In this document: positions 47,096 through 61,296 of the stretch, one piece after another | How positions within the stretch are numbered: the stretch's first letter is position 1 | How the letters are laid out: every line of letters begins with the position of its first letter | Source: Scyliorhinus canicula | Lineage: Eukaryota | DNA length: 64,000 bases | Assembly (NCBI RefSeq): GCF_902713615.1 | Contig: NC_052156.1 | Location: forward strand, 29,167,287-29,231,286 | Reading direction: 5' to 3' | Program-made: the position numbers and the translations under genes | The notes under the pieces: generated by a model | What the model was told of the DNA's origin: nothing | Database searches by the model: none | The model's input: only the letters and a program-made list of their open reading frames with translations

Positions 47096-48769
47096 TAATG
47101 TACTTATGTCACGTATTTTTTACAAATTATATAAATAAAAGTAGATCACCTTTTGAAAACAAAAAGTCTGCCAGGACCTACCCAACGGTGGCTTCTGACA
47201 CTATAGTCAGCCTAGTCCTGAGGGTGCAGAAAGCTGTCTTGCTAGTATCCATAAAATTTGGGGCAAATGAAACTTGAACTTTCAATACACTTACATGCAA
47301 ATGCCTGAAAGCATGTGACATTTTATGGCAAAGTTCAATGCTCATCATCCTTAAAGGAATGTGGTAATAACAGATTATTTCAAGCTTACTTTCAGCGTGG
47401 CTAGTTCAGGATGTTTAAAAAAACATTACCATGCAGTGAAACTCATAATGAATAGTCTTTTACATATGTTGAGAATTCCAGACATGGTAATCCCTTTGAA
47501 TAGACGTCTTACTGCATTTTGATGACATCGCTGCTAATAAGATTTCATAATACACATGCATCATAAACACCCCACCAAAACGTCTGCTTTTTAAAAAAAG
47601 TAAATTGTTACTCGAGGCTCGAGTTCCATAATGTGATTTGCCAGTGAATCAAGTTACAACCTGAATTTCCAACTTAAATTTTGTTTACACTTAATCAGGA
47701 TTTTGCTGATGTACCGTCAAATGCTTTAGAAGGCAATACAACAGCACTTAAAAGATCACACAAGAAGCTTACATTCCCACTTCCAGCTTGGATGTTAACA
47801 GAGTAAACAAAACAGTTCATGGAATGACATTTTCAAGAAAAGTTTTAGTACTAAATCCTGTTGCATTTTGAAATAATCAGAACATGTAGTCTCTCTGGGT
47901 AATTTTGTTAAGGGCTCCTTCCGGGGTGAACTGTGATGCAAGACACTTTACCATATTTCCATCAATGGAGAAGATTATTATTGGCTATGCAATGATGTTT
48001 TACAACATTAAGTTTGTCTCATTTTAAATTAAAATGTACAAATAGCTTTTAAGTATATCAAAAAGTCCCACGTCATTAAAAGTTTTACTGGAGCAAATCA
48101 AACCTCACCATGGTACAACTTGGTAGCTATATTTTTGAAACAAATCACTGGGAAGATTGAATTTCAAACATACCGGGGGGGTGGAGCTTGTAGGGGTGAC
48201 AGGAGTTTCAGTCACCGGCAGGAGGGAACTCTGCCTCATCTCTTTTTGGGAAGGCCCTCTGTATCTTGTGCCGATCAAGCACTTGACAGACCAACGGCGG
48301 ACCTGCCAGGGCCCCCAATCAGACACTGTGCCATGGAACAGGGGACCCACGCTGCATGGGTTTGCTTGCCCTGCATGGTGAGACTATGCTTGCCGCTGGG
48401 CAGTATGAAGTTCTTAAGTGGATATTAATTGCCCACTTAAGAGCCGCAATTGGTGGCTCAGTGGGAAGGCCATCCACAATTGTCCCGCCATGGAGTTAAG
48501 CGGGGTGAAAGCCAGAAGGTGGGTAGGTTAGCCACCCGCCATCCTCCCGCACGATTAAATGCCACTCTCCAAACATGCCACAAGGGAAGGGCAATTTGTA
48601 GAAAACATAAATGCAGTATCTTCCTTTTCACCAGTCTGAAAATAATTCAGAATCAGAATCTAGGTCACTAGGACTATAAAACATCAAATACCACGGCAAG
48701 GCTATAATGAAAGTTGTTCAAGTCCTCTTTATAATTCAATAAGTAAAATATCAAATCTATCACACTTAC

Positions 48770-48935
48770 TTTGCTGTATCAGTGATCCACAGTCTGGGTC
48801 CTGGGCTACCTGAAGCAAGATCTCCTCTACATCTCGATTTTTTCCTGGTTGGTCTACCAAACGAGTTATCTCTTGTTGAAGAGTTCTGGGCAAAGCCATC
48901 AGCTGATTGAACTGGCCTTCCGGGCTTTTATCAAG
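48770..48935 (-). CDS. TAMM41: TAMM41 exon, 166 nt
   Basis: LDKSPEGQFNQLMALPRTLQQEITRLVDQPGKNRDVEEILLQVAQDPDCGSLIQQ; tttttaag acceptor, gtaagt donor. Confidence 0.96.
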
Positions 48936-49042
48936 CTTAAAAATTGAACATAATTGATCATCATTGTTCAATAATAGGGTTTACATCAATTAATACTACA
49001 CAATATTGCATCCAACTTGCTTTCAAACTAAAGTGTCATTAC

Positions 49043-49188
49043 CTCTAATTTACCCAGTTGCTGCTTGTAGACCACTTGAGGGCAGTCCTGTAAAATGTTA
49101 TTGTATAGTCTTTGGAAGTTTTCCAAGTTTGCACTGACAATATTCGTTACTTTTGATCGGTCTTCCCCTATAATCATTCTAAAATCAC
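49043..49188 (-). CDS. TAMM41: TAMM41 exon, 146 nt
   Basis: (G)DFRMIIGEDRSKVTNIVSANLENFQRLYNNILQDCPQVVYKQQLGKLE; AG acceptor, gtaatg donor. Confidence 0.96.
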
Positions 49189-49742
49189 CTTGATTTAAAA
49201 GAACATTAATTCCATTACAAACAGTGTTTACACAAATTCAAACTTCAGTCTTAAATTTCTAAAGTGGCTGCTTTTGTGATAACGATATTGGAGCAACTTA
49301 TGTTTAGATTGTAGCTTTAAAAGGTAGAAAACACAAATCACCAGCTGTTTTATGGGCATTGTGCCAGGATGACTGAAAGCTTAGAAATGGGGAGTCCTGA
49401 AGCTCTTAGAAAGGTAGAGAAGCGGAGAGGTTGGTGGGAGGAGTAGCAGAGAACAGCCATTCACAAATGGTGGGGCAACGGGTTGGGGTAGAACCAGGGA
49501 GGAATGCCGCATTTTGAAAGGTATATGGGGCTGCAAGGCGCTACAGATATAAGATGGGATAAGGTCATGGAAGATGTTGTAAATGAAACAAGGGATACAA
49601 TGGATAAACAAATAAGCAAAAAAGAATTCAGCTAATGTGTGTGAATGCAATAGATTTAGTCAGAACATTTGCTTGGATTTTCAATTTCTATTCACTGAAT
49701 TAATCTCAGTGGAGTCAACTGCAATTACAAAAACAAACAAAC

Positions 49743-49893
49743 CTGAGTAGGAGAGTCCAGCAATACGAACATACAGCTCCTCCTCAGTAAATGATTCTGG
49801 TAGCATGAGAAAAGCTGTAATCACTGCACTTTTTAGATTCCTAGCCAATGCAGCTTGTAATTTGCCGTTTTCATTTTGGATTAATATCTTCAC
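49743..49893 (-). CDS. TAMM41: TAMM41 exon, 151 nt
   Basis: VKILIQNENGKLQAALARNLKSAVITAFLMLPESFTEEELYVRIAGLSYS(G); ttttcag acceptor, gtttgt donor; frame continuous with neighbouring exons. Confidence 0.97.
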
Positions 49894-49949
49894 CTGAAAA
49901 TGAACATAAATTTCAGTGATGCTGTGCTGCGCACAAGATATATCATTGA

Positions 49950-50252
49950 ATATCATAGTATCCCTACAGTGCAGAAGGAGGCCATTCGGCCCATTGAGTC
50001 TGCACCAACCATCCGAAAACGCACCCTATCTCGATCCCATCCCTGTAACCCCACAGGGGCAATTGAGCACGGTCAATCCACCTAACCTGCACATCTTTGG
50101 TCTGTGACACGAAACTGGAGCAGCTGGAGGAAGCCCATGCAGACACGGGAAGAATGTGCAAACTCCACACTCCCAGTCACCCGAGGTTATCAAACCTGGG
50201 TCGCTGGCGCTATGAGGCAGTAGTGCTAACTATTGTGCCACCGTGGCGCCCC
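49950..50252 (-). mobile_element. HE1-like V-SINE
   Basis: V-domain plus CR1-type tail, ~55 nt upstream of a TAMM41 acceptor. Confidence 0.85.
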
Positions 50253-52388
50253 TGCGTAAGTAGTCCATGAGAGGATAGCATTAGTACATGGAACCACTGT
50301 TGCGGAGTCAGATGCCCATTTTCCCGAAGAGCAAATCAATCCACGCAGTTTTTTATTCAATTGATACAAGGAAGTAGAGGCCTGGAAACAATTATCTAAT
50401 TGTTCTTTTTCATGAGGTTTATTGCACAAAGACCTCAATTATGCAAAGCAATCTATATTAAGGAGGAGATTTTAATCAAAAGCTTAGGCACGTTGGACTG
50501 AATTTTATGGTCCTTTCTGCCATCAAGATCTTCCAGTCCCGCCAATGGTGACTCCCCGTGGCAGGTTTCTCAGTGGCATGGCTGGCAAACATCACAAAAC
50601 TGACATTGACTGGACTAATGGCGAGCCGTCTGTGTCACCAAACACCACAGGGTGGGTGGGTGGGGGTGCTTGCCTGTTACTATAAGAATGCTACCATATA
50701 CTCTTATTTGTAAAGACCATTCTCGTCTATTTACAGATCTATATACATCCGAATACGCCACATTAAGTTGTACTTCTGCTTCCCACTAGATCGCTGTTAC
50801 TTAACAATGCAATATTGCATTACGTCTTGGTTACATTAGTTACATCAGTATCAGGTGCTCCCAAAGTCTTTATCTCAACTATATACATCGTTGTATCTCC
50901 CGCAAAGTTTCAGACTTCACACGGTTAGTCTCTGTGGTGCCTTAAGCAATCTCCCTAATCTGGTCCTGTTCCATTTGAGGTTGAGGATGAACTGTACTCT
51001 CTCGGTGTTCAATCAGAATGCCTTCTTCCGCCTGGATAGTTGTAGATCTTTGACTTATTTCTGGTTTCTTGTGTCTCCTTCCGGATCTGGATAATAGAAC
51101 ATAGAAAAATACAGCACAGAACAGGCCCTTCGGCCCACGATAATAAGCACCAGATTCCACTGGTTTACTTCCCAAGGCTATCAAGACTCCTTGGTTCCTT
51201 CTGATATTTCCCTGGTCCATTTCAATTCTATACGGTCTCAGTTGTAGTGTCTCTTCTATTACAATATTATCTTCTGTCAATCTCGTATCCACACTTTCTC
51301 TCCAGGCATTGACAAGTTTGGTGCACTGTGTTTGTAGTTGAAATTATAAGCTTGATTGTCTCTTTGTTGCTCCTCAACTTAGCAACTTTCTCACGATCCT
51401 CTGAGGTAATGTTAATTGTAGAATTTGTTGTAGAGCTGGAAGTTGTGTTCACTGGCGTCTGATGGCTAGAACACCGCACTTTAGCAGGGAAGTTCTGTAG
51501 TTAAGAAAGGCTAAGTTAATACCATTATTCTTTTTCATCAATTCATTGATTGTTCAAACTCCTCTTTGTGCTTCTCTTTGACTGAGGATATCTAGGTTAA
51601 CTGGTCACATGCTCAAAACTATATTCCGGCACAAAGTTATGGAACGGCTCATTAATTAACTGAGGACTCCTGTCTGACATGTCCGGGATGCCTTGTGCTG
51701 TAAGATTCTTCTTAGTGATGTAATGACTGCCTCCACCATGGTGCTATGCAGTCCACTCACTTCAAACCATCTGGAGTAGTAATCAATGACAATGATGAAA
51801 ATATTGCCTTTTAAACTTAAATAAAATTATTCCCAGGCTCTGGTTTGGCCTCAAAAGGAAACTGGAAGGCGGACGTGCCAGTGGTTTTCTCTGTCGTTGG
51901 ATATTCACTGCACACATATGGCTATTCATGATTAACTCTTCAATAGAGTGACTGATGCTTAACCACTGGGCTCTTGCTTGGCATTTTGCTATTCTAAAGT
52001 GACCCTGATGCGTTTTTTGGAGAATGTCGAGTTGAAGTGTTTCAGGGATGACTAGCCAGTCATTAAAAACTATGAAATTATGAATGATTATGAGAGGTTT
52101 CGCTGTTCTAAGTACTGGCAAAATACTGGGTTGTTAAGCGTATAATCCAGTCACCCGTTCTGGCAATAGTCTTTTATTTTGTTGCACTCATCAACCTGCT
52201 GCTGTGCTTGCTTGAATTCATGTAATCTCTTTTCTGTGGCTGGTAACTTTTTAGTAATGAGTTAACTACATGCTTCCACTTCCTCACTAAAATTTAACTC
52301 TTCAAATTTAACTCCTTCCACTGGTATTCTTGATAATGCATTGGCTATTGTCCGGTACTTCCTTTGAATGTACTCTGTCACTGAATCA

Positions 52389-52770
52389 TGGGCGGGATTC
52401 TCTGATCCTGAGGCTAAGTGTCGCCGCCGTCGCGTTTTCTCAACGGCGTCAACATGGCCTCAGGAGCAGCGATTCTGAGCCCGAAAGGGGACCAGCACGG
52501 CCCTGGAGCAACCCACGCTGCTCCAGCTGCCAATCGCCGGCGTCAGATGGGCGCCGCTGGGTCTGTGCATGCGCAGTGGGACCGGCGCCAATGCATGCAT
52601 GCGCAGTGGCTCCCTTCTCTGTGCCGGCCCCGACACAAAATGGCGTAGGGCTACAGGGGCGCAGAACAAAAGAGGCCCCCAGCCCGAGAGGCTTGCCTGC
52701 TGTTCGGTAGGCCCCAATCGCAGGCCAGGCCACAACTGGGGCCCTCCCTGGGGTCGGACCCCCATCCCCA

Positions 52771-52804
<34 letters not shown>

Positions 52805-52980
52805 ACCACCAGGCCGCCCCCACATGCATGCATGCCGGGTAAGAGCAGGTGTGAACGGCATCGGCGGGACTCGGCTCTTTTTGCGTGGCCGCACGGCCCA
52901 TCTCGGGGGGAGAATCGCCGCGCGGGCCGGGGGCGTGTGTGCGCACATAGAGCGGCCCCTGACTGGCGCGATTCTTAAAA
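52389..52980. mobile_element. GC-rich Harbinger-like non-autonomous element
   Basis: Starts GGGCGGGATTCTC; CpG-rich island inside AT-rich Gypsy remnant. Confidence 0.6.
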
Positions 52981-53085
52981 GTTAACAAGAGTAACGAGAT
53001 GTTTATAGTTGGGTTCTATTTTAATCCTTAATCACATGGCATAATCAGTGAATTTCTCATATGCCCATTAGTTGCTAATGTTTTG

Positions 53086-53403
53086 GGCAGCCCAGTAGCA
53101 TAGTGGTTAGCACTGTGGCTTCACAGCACCAGAGTCCCAGGTTCGATTCCCTGCTGGGTCACTGTGCGGAGTCTGCATGTTCTCCCAGTGTCTGTGTGGG
53201 TTTCCTCCGGGAGCTCCGGTTTCCTCCCACAGTCTAAAGACGTGCAGGTGTGGTGGATTGGCCATGCTAAATTGTCCTTAGTGTCCAAAAAAGATTAGGA
53301 GGGGTTATTGGGTTAAGGGGATAGGGTGGAAGTGAGGGCTTAAGTGGGTCAGTGCAGACTCGATGGGCCAAATGGCCTCCTTCTGCATTGTATGTTCTAG
53401 GTT
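53086..53403 (+). mobile_element. Full-length HE1-like V-SINE
   Basis: A/B boxes, V-domain, tail. Confidence 0.9.
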
Positions 53404-54292
53404 CTTTCTCAATGGTAGCATACCTCTTCTCTGTGTTCATAAGAGATCTTGAGGCATAATAAACTGGTCATCTTAGTCCATCTTTTTGAACTTTGAGCAA
53501 CACTGCGTTCAAGCCTGTAGGTGATCCTCTGCTACTACAATTATCGGCAATTTTGGAAGATAGTGTGCTAGAATTTCTGGTGAAATCAGGAGATTTTGAT
53601 CTTGCTGAAAGAATTTCCTGCATCCTTGTTCCAGCATAATTGCTGGCCTTGTCGCAACAGTTGCTGTTGCAGCTCATAATTTTCACTAGGTTTGGCAGGG
53701 ACTTGCTCACTTGACTGACCATTCCAAGGAACTTTTGTTATTTTTTTCTTTTCAGATAGCAATCCAATTCTCTTTTGAGTACCTCAATTAAACCTGCCTC
53801 CATCACCCTCTTTTTTACCAATTATTTCTTGATGCTCTTGAGCGTGAACATTTTTTCACTATTTAACCTGTCCATACACTACAGGATCTTGAATACCTCT
53901 GACAAGTTTCCTCACAGCCTACATTTATCCATGAAAAACAGTCGCACCCTCTCCAATCTATCAATCTATCATCAAAGCTCTGGTTTTTTATTCCTGGAAT
54001 CATTCTTGTGAATTGCCTCGGCACTCCCTCTAATTTTACTTTCACATTTTATTTTTATTTTAGTGTTTGAGCATGTTACTTTAGAAAGCTTCAGAACAGT
54101 TCTGGAAGTGACAATGTAAATTCCATGCTTAACCTAAATTCTGGACCTATTGCTACTTCAGTGGTTTGGCTTTTAGATTATGATCTCTATTCTACTGTCC
54201 GTGTGTTGCTTGCATCTGCAGCATCCACGATGTCACACCCTCAGCTGAATCTTCAATCTTTTACCAAAGATTTCTTTGTTTTTCATTTTAAA

Positions 54293-54521
54293 TTTTTTTT
54301 TTTTTTTTTAAAAAGAGTACCCGATTCATTTTTTCCAATTAAGGGGCAATTTAGCATGGCCAAACACCACCCTGCACATCTTTGGGTTGTGGGGGTGAAA
54401 CCCACGCAAACACGGGGAGAATGTGCAAACTCCACACGGACAGTGACCCAGAGCTGGGATCGAACCTGGGACCTAGGTGCCATGAGGCAGCAGTGCTAAC
54501 CACTGCGCCACCATGCTGCCC
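54293..54521 (-). mobile_element. Short V-SINE variant
   Basis: As 2487-2712. Confidence 0.85.
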
Positions 54522-54691
54522 TTAGATTTGTAGGTTTTTCAGGTCTGCAGTCTTCTTGGAGCTTTGAGTCTTTATGCTCTATCTATTGCCATTATATTCC
54601 ATCTCGAGTTCAGGGGCTAGATGGGATTTCCTTAGGGTTTACCTGTTGCCCTAAGAGTGTTATCTTAAGACTCTTATTCGTAAAAAACATC

Positions 54692-55670
54692 ATTGTTTAT
54701 TTTTGGATTTTTAAAAAAAACTCATTATTTTCAAACTTGTATCAAAGTAGGTTACAGCAAAAAACACCCCAGGAAACATTCTTCCTTAGCAATCAACTAT
54801 ACAGTTTGTACAGATTTTTCTCCTTTTTCACCACCCCTTCCCATCACCCACCCACCCAAGTCACCCAACCATGCTGCTACCCCCGGTGGCGATACCGACC
54901 GCCACTCCAGCAAAATTCGTCATCATGCAATCAGAGAGGCGAAGGCCAAGACATAGGCTTTACTCCTCTCCATGAGCTCCGGCTTCTCTGAAACCCCAAA
55001 TATCGCCACCAAAGGGTTCGGGTCCACTCCCTCCTCCACTATCCTGGCTAAGACTGCGAACACTCCTGCCCAGAATCTTCCCAATTTTTCACAACCTCAA
55101 AACATGTGCGCATGATTCGCTGGCCCCCGCCCACACCTCTCAAACTCATCTGCTACCCCTGAAAGAACCCACACATTCTCGCCCGAGTCATATGCACCCT
55201 GTGCACCACCTTAAACTGTATCAGGCTCATCCTTGCACAAGAGGAGGTCCCGTTTACCCTTCGCAGTGCCCACTCCATACTCCCCAATTGATCTCCATTC
55301 CCAACTCCGCTTCCCAGTTCTCCTTGATCTTCACCACCCGCTCGCCTCCCTGCTCCCCCAGCCACTTATATATATCCCCAATTTTTCCCTCCCCTTCCAC
55401 ATCCGGAAGCAGCAGTCGCTCCAGCAGGGTGTATCCCGGCAATCTAGAGAACCCCCTTCCAGACCTTTCGTGCAAAGTCCCTAACCTGTAGATACCTGAA
55501 CTCGCTACCCCTCGGCAGCTCTACCCTCTCCCTTAGCTCCTCCAGACTGGCGAACCCTTCCTCCAAATACAAATACCTCACCTTGACCAGACCCACTTCC
55601 CTCCACCTCCTGTCTACACTATTCATCCCCCCCCCCCCCCCCCCCCAGCTCAAACCCATGATTCTCGCAG
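54692..55670 (-). mobile_element. L1/Tx1 3' fragment
   Basis: SSCARMSLIQFKVVHRVHMT homologous to the other L1 copies. Confidence 0.85.
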
Positions 55671-55966
55671 CCTAAAATGTTTATTTATAGTTCTACAAAC
55701 ACCTCAGTATTCTACACGGGATTGTACTTCTGCTTTCCACCAGATCTGTCTCCATGTCATCTGACATTGCATCATAGTTACATAAGCATCTGGTCTTCCT
55801 GATATTAATCCTTTACTCTACTCTTGGACCCAATTTTAAAGATACATTTATTGCAATTGCATACAATTCACCTCCAGTAGCCTGTTGAAAGTAATTGGCA
55901 AAACTAACCCAGAGAAGATAGCCACGTACAAGTCTGAATTGGGATTAGAATTAGAACCGACGCCCG

Positions 55967-55968
<2 letters not shown>

Positions 55969-55999
<31 letters not shown>
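55969..55999. repeat. (GT)n microsatellite
   Basis: Directly visible. Confidence 0.95.
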
Positions 56000-56000
<1 letters not shown>

Positions 56001-56149
56001 TTGGAGAATCCTGCCAACTATTTGTGGCTGATATTTTATTACTGATACATTAAAAGGGTCATGCGTAGTATATAAATGAAATGTGCCAAATAGAAATTAA
56101 AACCAGAAAACTGTCAATACTTAAAGTTTTAAATTAGGTCACATTATAT

Positions 56150-56605
56150 GTCAGAGGTAGGTTCTTTACCCAGAGAGTAGTGGGGGCATGGAATGCACTG
56201 CCTGCGGTAGTAGTTGAGTCGGAAAAGTTAGGGACCTTCAAGCGGCTATTGGATAGGTACTTGGATTAGGGTAAAATAATGGAGTGTAGGTTAACTTCTT
56301 AAGGGCAGCACGGTAGCATTGTGGATAGCACAATTGCTTCACAGCTCCAGGGTCCCAAGTTCGATTTCGACTTGGGTCACTGTCTGTGTGGAGTCTGCAC
56401 ATCCTCCCCGTGACTGCGTGGGTTTCCTCCGGGTACTCCGGTTTCCTCCCACAGTCCAAAGATGTGCAGGTTGGGTGGATTGGCCATGAAAAATTGTCCA
56501 AAATTCTATGATTAACCTAGGACAAAAGTTCGGCGCAACATCGTGGGCCGAAGGGCCTGTTCTGTGCTGTATTTCTCTATCTATCTATCTATCTATCTAT
56601 CTATA
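56150..56605 (+). mobile_element. CR1 3' end with nested HE1-like SINE (56302-56511) and (CTAT)n tail
   Basis: Matches the reverse complement of 14262-14450 apart from the SINE. Confidence 0.85.
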
Positions 56606-57384
56606 TGATCCGTAATAGAATCTAAAGGTGACTTGCTGTTAAAGAACAGTCATCACAGCCCCAAGGTATCACAGCAGGAGCTCCTCAAGGAAGTAGCCTT
56701 GATTCATCATTGACTTTCCATCTCAATAGTGCGATTAATAATTCCTGGTGTTCAACTTCATTTGTACATCCTCAATACTGAAGCAACCCATGCCAGTGAT
56801 AACATCCAGACTTGAAATACCATGTGGAAGTAACATTTATGCTATAGAAGAGCTAGGTAGTAAAAAGAGAAACTCTAGCCATCTAACTTTGCATCATAGC
56901 TTGATAGTCAATGGCACCACAATTCCAGAGCTTCCAAACCACCAACAATGCAGAGCTTCCAATCGCCCACATCCCAGGGATCATCGCTGACCAGAAACCG
57001 AAATGGATCAGCCAGATAAACACTGTAGGTGGAGGCTAGTTTACAAGTGGCTTACCTCTGACCCATGGAAGCCTATCTACAAGGCTCCATGTAGAAATGT
57101 GATGGAAAACTCACCACTTGTTGGGATGTGTGCAATCTTAATAACACAAAAGGTTTCACACTATCCATGACAGAGAGAAGGGACAAAAGCAGCAATGTCA
57201 GGGGAACAACATCACCTCTGATATATATCATCCTGTCTTGGGCATACACCATCACTGAATCAATACTTTTGCATTCTTTACCTACTACCATTGTTGAATG
57301 CATTGGTTCAAGAACTACCGCCACCTTGGGACAATTTGGGATTGGATAACAACTGTGACCTTTTCAGTGCTGCCCACGTCCAGG

Positions 57385-57624
57385 TTTAATAAGGACACGA
57401 GGATTCCACACCGAGTAAAATAAAGTAACGTGGTTTTACTTACACACGGCATTTAACTGCGCGGTAGATCCCTATCGGTTCCTGTTCTGCTCGGTGCCTT
57501 ACTGGCCGACCTTTTATACAGAGGTTAATAGAGATCCACCGCCCCTTGCGGGGAAGCTCGCACTCCAGAAGGGCCAGGGGGAAGATAATAAATTCCACCC
57601 CGTAGGCCCGTGTGTGCTATTACA
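57385..57624 (-). mobile_element. Solo LTR (unrelated family), 240 bp
   Basis: TSD CCAGG at 57380-57384 and 57625-57629; termini T(T)TAATA...TATTACA; TATAAAA on minus; CpG-richer than the flanks. Confidence 0.75.
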
Positions 57625-58159
57625 CCAGGAACAATTTTTTAAAAGTTTGCAGCACCATACTGTCCAGATATAAATTCAAATTTAACAATGGATTCTGTAA
57701 AGGAATTTGTCGAACTCCTGAGTACAAGTAAGTATCTACTCAAGAGCTTTAAATAAAACAAGAATGTACTCACCCGACCTTTAGAATATCAGTAAGTAAA
57801 AATGAAAGTTCACACAAGATCATATTAGCTGCAGGATATGCATCCTTGGTCAAATTATTTTTAGCATCTTATCAACCAAGCTTGAAAGAAATGCCCAGTT
57901 ACAGAGACATATTTTTTCCAGAATGAATTTCATGGAAGTCAGCAGTACACAGCTAACAGCCTCTGTAAAACTCACTGCTTGGTTGAATTTTACACTAATA
58001 CATGTCATGTCTGGGCTATTCAGTCGAGCCTATCAAAAGTTGTGGTGATTGCAATTCTCCTGAACTCAACTCACAATGACAGTTCATGCTCCAGCAGAAA
58101 GCTGAAATGACCCCATTGAGTTCACAAAGATATGAGTTTTATATTCTCAATTTAAATCA

Positions 58160-58974
58160 GCAGCAGTGGGGTTCGCCATCGGGCAACGCCGAAATCGGGA
58201 AAGACAATTGGACAGAGAATCAGTTTTGACGCCAAAATCATGGCAGATGCCGGGCTCACGCCAAATCGCAATTCTCTGCTGCCTTGGTAGCGCCGTCAAT
58301 GTGATTCTCTGCCTCCACTGGGGGCAATTCCCGGCGGCGAGCTCCACTTGTGCTTTTAAAAATCGTGAAACAGGTGTTGTGGCTGCTGAGGGGGAGCGAG
58401 GGGATACGGAAACTGTCCAGCAGCTACACGGGGTGCTGACTGCTGTGCCGCTGACTGGGAGGCTCCTGCCAGGGCCGGGGGAAGTAGCAGGGGATGGCCA
58501 GGAGGTGGGCTGTGGGGTCAGGGTGGACGGGCACAGAACACATTTTGCTGCAGCCAGCAAGGCAGCCATGCAGCAACTGCCCACTGTGAACCTAGAGCTA
58601 CAGGTCGTATGGGTGTCTCCTCAGGTGAGCCTCCCCCCCTCCACCCCTAGGTGTCCTCTGGCCCCAACCGACCTATCAACGGGTTGGTGCACTTCAGCAC
58701 AACCAGTGCCATCTTGTTGGCTGGGATGAGTGTGTGTGGGGAGTGCAGTATGTATGCGCGGCTGGAGCTCGTCAGTCTCCTCAGTGTCAATCACGGACCT
58801 GGCGAATCCGGCACCGTTTCCCATTGAAAATGATTGTGTTCCACGTGGCGCTGGTACTAGCCCCACAACAGTCGCTGAATCGGTCCAGGTGCAATGGTAA
58901 TTTTGCCGTCATAGAAGTCCACGAACCCTGCCCCGACATCAACACTTAGTCTCTGGAAAGGAGAATCCCGCCCC
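58160..58974. mobile_element. GC-rich Harbinger-like non-autonomous element
   Basis: Ends GGAGAATCCCGCCC, the reverse complement of the TIR family. Confidence 0.6.
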
Positions 58975-59039
58975 AGATATTTCATGGCCATTCATGGAGT
59001 ATGAATTGCATCCATTTGTTTCTTCTTGCCGTAATTACA

Positions 59040-60163
59040 TTTCTGGTTCTGGTCCTGCCCCAGATTTGTGGAGTACTGGACAGCCTTCTTTGAGGCAATG
59101 TCCAAAGTGGCGGGGATGAGGGTGGAGCCATGCCTGAAGGTGATGGTCTTTGGGGTTTCAGACCAGACAGATCTATTCCCGGGGAGGAGGGCGGACGCCC
59201 TTGCCTTTGCCTCCCTGATTGCCCGCTGTAGAATCTTGTTCGGCTGGCGGTCAGCAGCACCACCCAAAGCTGCAAACTGGCTGTCCGACCTCTCGGAATC
59301 TCTCCAAATGGAGAAAATAAAATTTGCCGTTTGAGGGTCAGACGACGGCTTCCACAGAACGTGGGAGCCATTCACCCAATTGTTCCGGGACCTGTTTGTG
59401 ACCAACGAGCAAGCTGATGAATAGCCAGGTATCCATGAATCAGGGGAAAGTGCCAAGGCGTGAGAGGGAGGGAGAGGGTGGGGGGAGGAGGGGGGGGGGG
59501 GGGGGGGGGGAAGAGAGAGAGAGAGAGACAGCTAAACCGAAGGGAAAAGAAAAGTCAACCACAGGAGAAGGGGAGGGGGTAAGGAGGGGCAGAAGGGGTA
59601 AGAGGGTGGAGACAGGAAAAATATAGAGGGGAACCAGAAAAGAAGAGGGGGGGGGGGGAGGCAAGGGAATGAAAGCCGGAAGGAGAGCACAGGAAACGAT
59701 AACAAACTTGGCAAACACATGAACAGAGAGCAAGGAAAATACGGGCGAAAGATGGGACGACCGTCCGAAGTGGAGGTGAACGCGAGACGACGACGGCAGT
59801 GAAAACCGTCCGGGAGAAGCAAATAACAACACCAACACCAGATCAATTCTCGCATTGCCCTCTCTGTATTGGACATAACCAATGTAATTGCTTCTCCGGC
59901 ACCAAAATATATATGTACCTCCCCAGTTTCCTCCTGCTCCTCCCCCCCCCCCCCCCGCCCAGAATCAGGTGCCTACTTATGTGTTAAAAATAATATTTCT
60001 AACTGTACAGAGTTGCTGTTGTTGAACTAGTGCACAATATCCTACCAGTTTTCTTTTTCTTTAGTTTTCTTCTTTTCTATGTATATATATATTTTATTCT
60101 GTGTATATAACTGTAAATATACTTTGTTCTGAAACACAATAAAAAACATCTATAAAAAAAAAT
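59040..60163 (+). mobile_element. L1/Tx1 3' end, same family as 32880-36605
   Basis: LAFASLIARCRILFGWRSAAPPKAANWLSDL; shared 3'UTR; AATAAA plus A-tail. Confidence 0.9.
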
Positions 60164-61296
60164 AATCTTAAACACTTGCTTGCATAAAATGTCATCTGCC
60201 ATTATTCTGTTCACTTACATATTTTGTCACATTCATTCCTTGTTTCCTGACCTAGATCATCAGGATAATTTATCCGTGTTCAGTGTTATCTACAAATTAT
60301 GCCATTTTGCGTTGAGCTTGAGTATCGAGTTTTAATACAAATAGAAAAAGTTAAGGATTCAAACAGATCCCAGAAGTCACACTCTGCACTCTTTTATTCA
60401 ATTAGTACCAAACGAGTAGGAAGCAGCTGCTTGCTACCTCTCAGCTAATTTGTTACTTTCCCAAGTTCTGCATTTCCCAAGTTCTGCATTTCAAGCTTAT
60501 ACAACTGCCATGCATTTATATGCACTAGTCGTTCATATAGAACAATTGTGTCCAATATATCTTTGAAAGTCAAACTGCAGCATGTTGTCAGGCTTAAGAG
60601 TCCACTTGGGATGTCACTTCTTCAAAAATATAATCAAGACAGACAGCCACATATGATCACCCCTGTTCCCAAATCTACGTTGGTGGTTTTTATTAGATTA
60701 TTAGGCAGGCAGCTTCTCACATTTACTTCTTGATGATCCTAGGTTGTAGCTGCCTTATCGAAAAAAATTACATAATTTTAATGCGTTTCCAATCCCACAA
60801 GTCCACCTGGCATTGACTCATTCATGAAGAATCACAAAGTCAAACTTTTAGCGCCATTATTGATTAGGCATCAAGACCATCTATCTCTGGAGAGTTTTAT
60901 GATTTACGACCTCAAGCCTATTTATGTTCATAGACCGACAACTGGTAGCTCTAGGCGAAGTTACCAATTTTAAACATGCTACTAAAAAGGAGTCAACAAT
61001 AAAATGTCAGATGGTCTGTGTAATGACCATTGACACAGAAGCAGTATGGTAAAAAAAAAATTTAATTTGTTTAAAAGGTCTTTGGAATATGTAATTCTTT
61101 CTAAGGATGTTTGAAAAGGACTTTTAGAGTTTGCATTAGAGTAAAGGGGTCAACTGTAATTTTCTTGCATTAGAATACATTCTGGTTCACGTGACCTGGT
61201 GACTCTTGACCTGGATGCAGTACAAACAGGAAGGAAGTACAGAAAAAAGTTGAGAGACCAGACACAAAGGAGAGCTACAAGCAGAGGACCTTCTTT

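Larger units (their letters stand above)
50700..55830 (-). mobile_element. Old degenerate Gypsy LTR element with nested SINE, CR1, L1 and MITE insertions
   Basis: Integrase zinc-finger remnant ILQKTHQGHFRIAKCQARA (51783-52121); RNase H PVYYASRSLMNTEKRYATIEKE (~53405-53467); diverged LTR-like direct repeats ~50700-50880 and ~55670-55820 sharing ttgtacttctgctt. Confidence 0.7.

Noticed and set aside
52773-52804. Long C/G homopolymers as functional G-quadruplexes
   Set aside because: Such runs are common in these repeat families and their length is unreliable in assemblies
57765-57800. Extra TAMM41 exon (GTGAGT donor-like site)
   Set aside because: No TAMM41 homology, and the flanking exons already join in frame (LHKP|VKIL)
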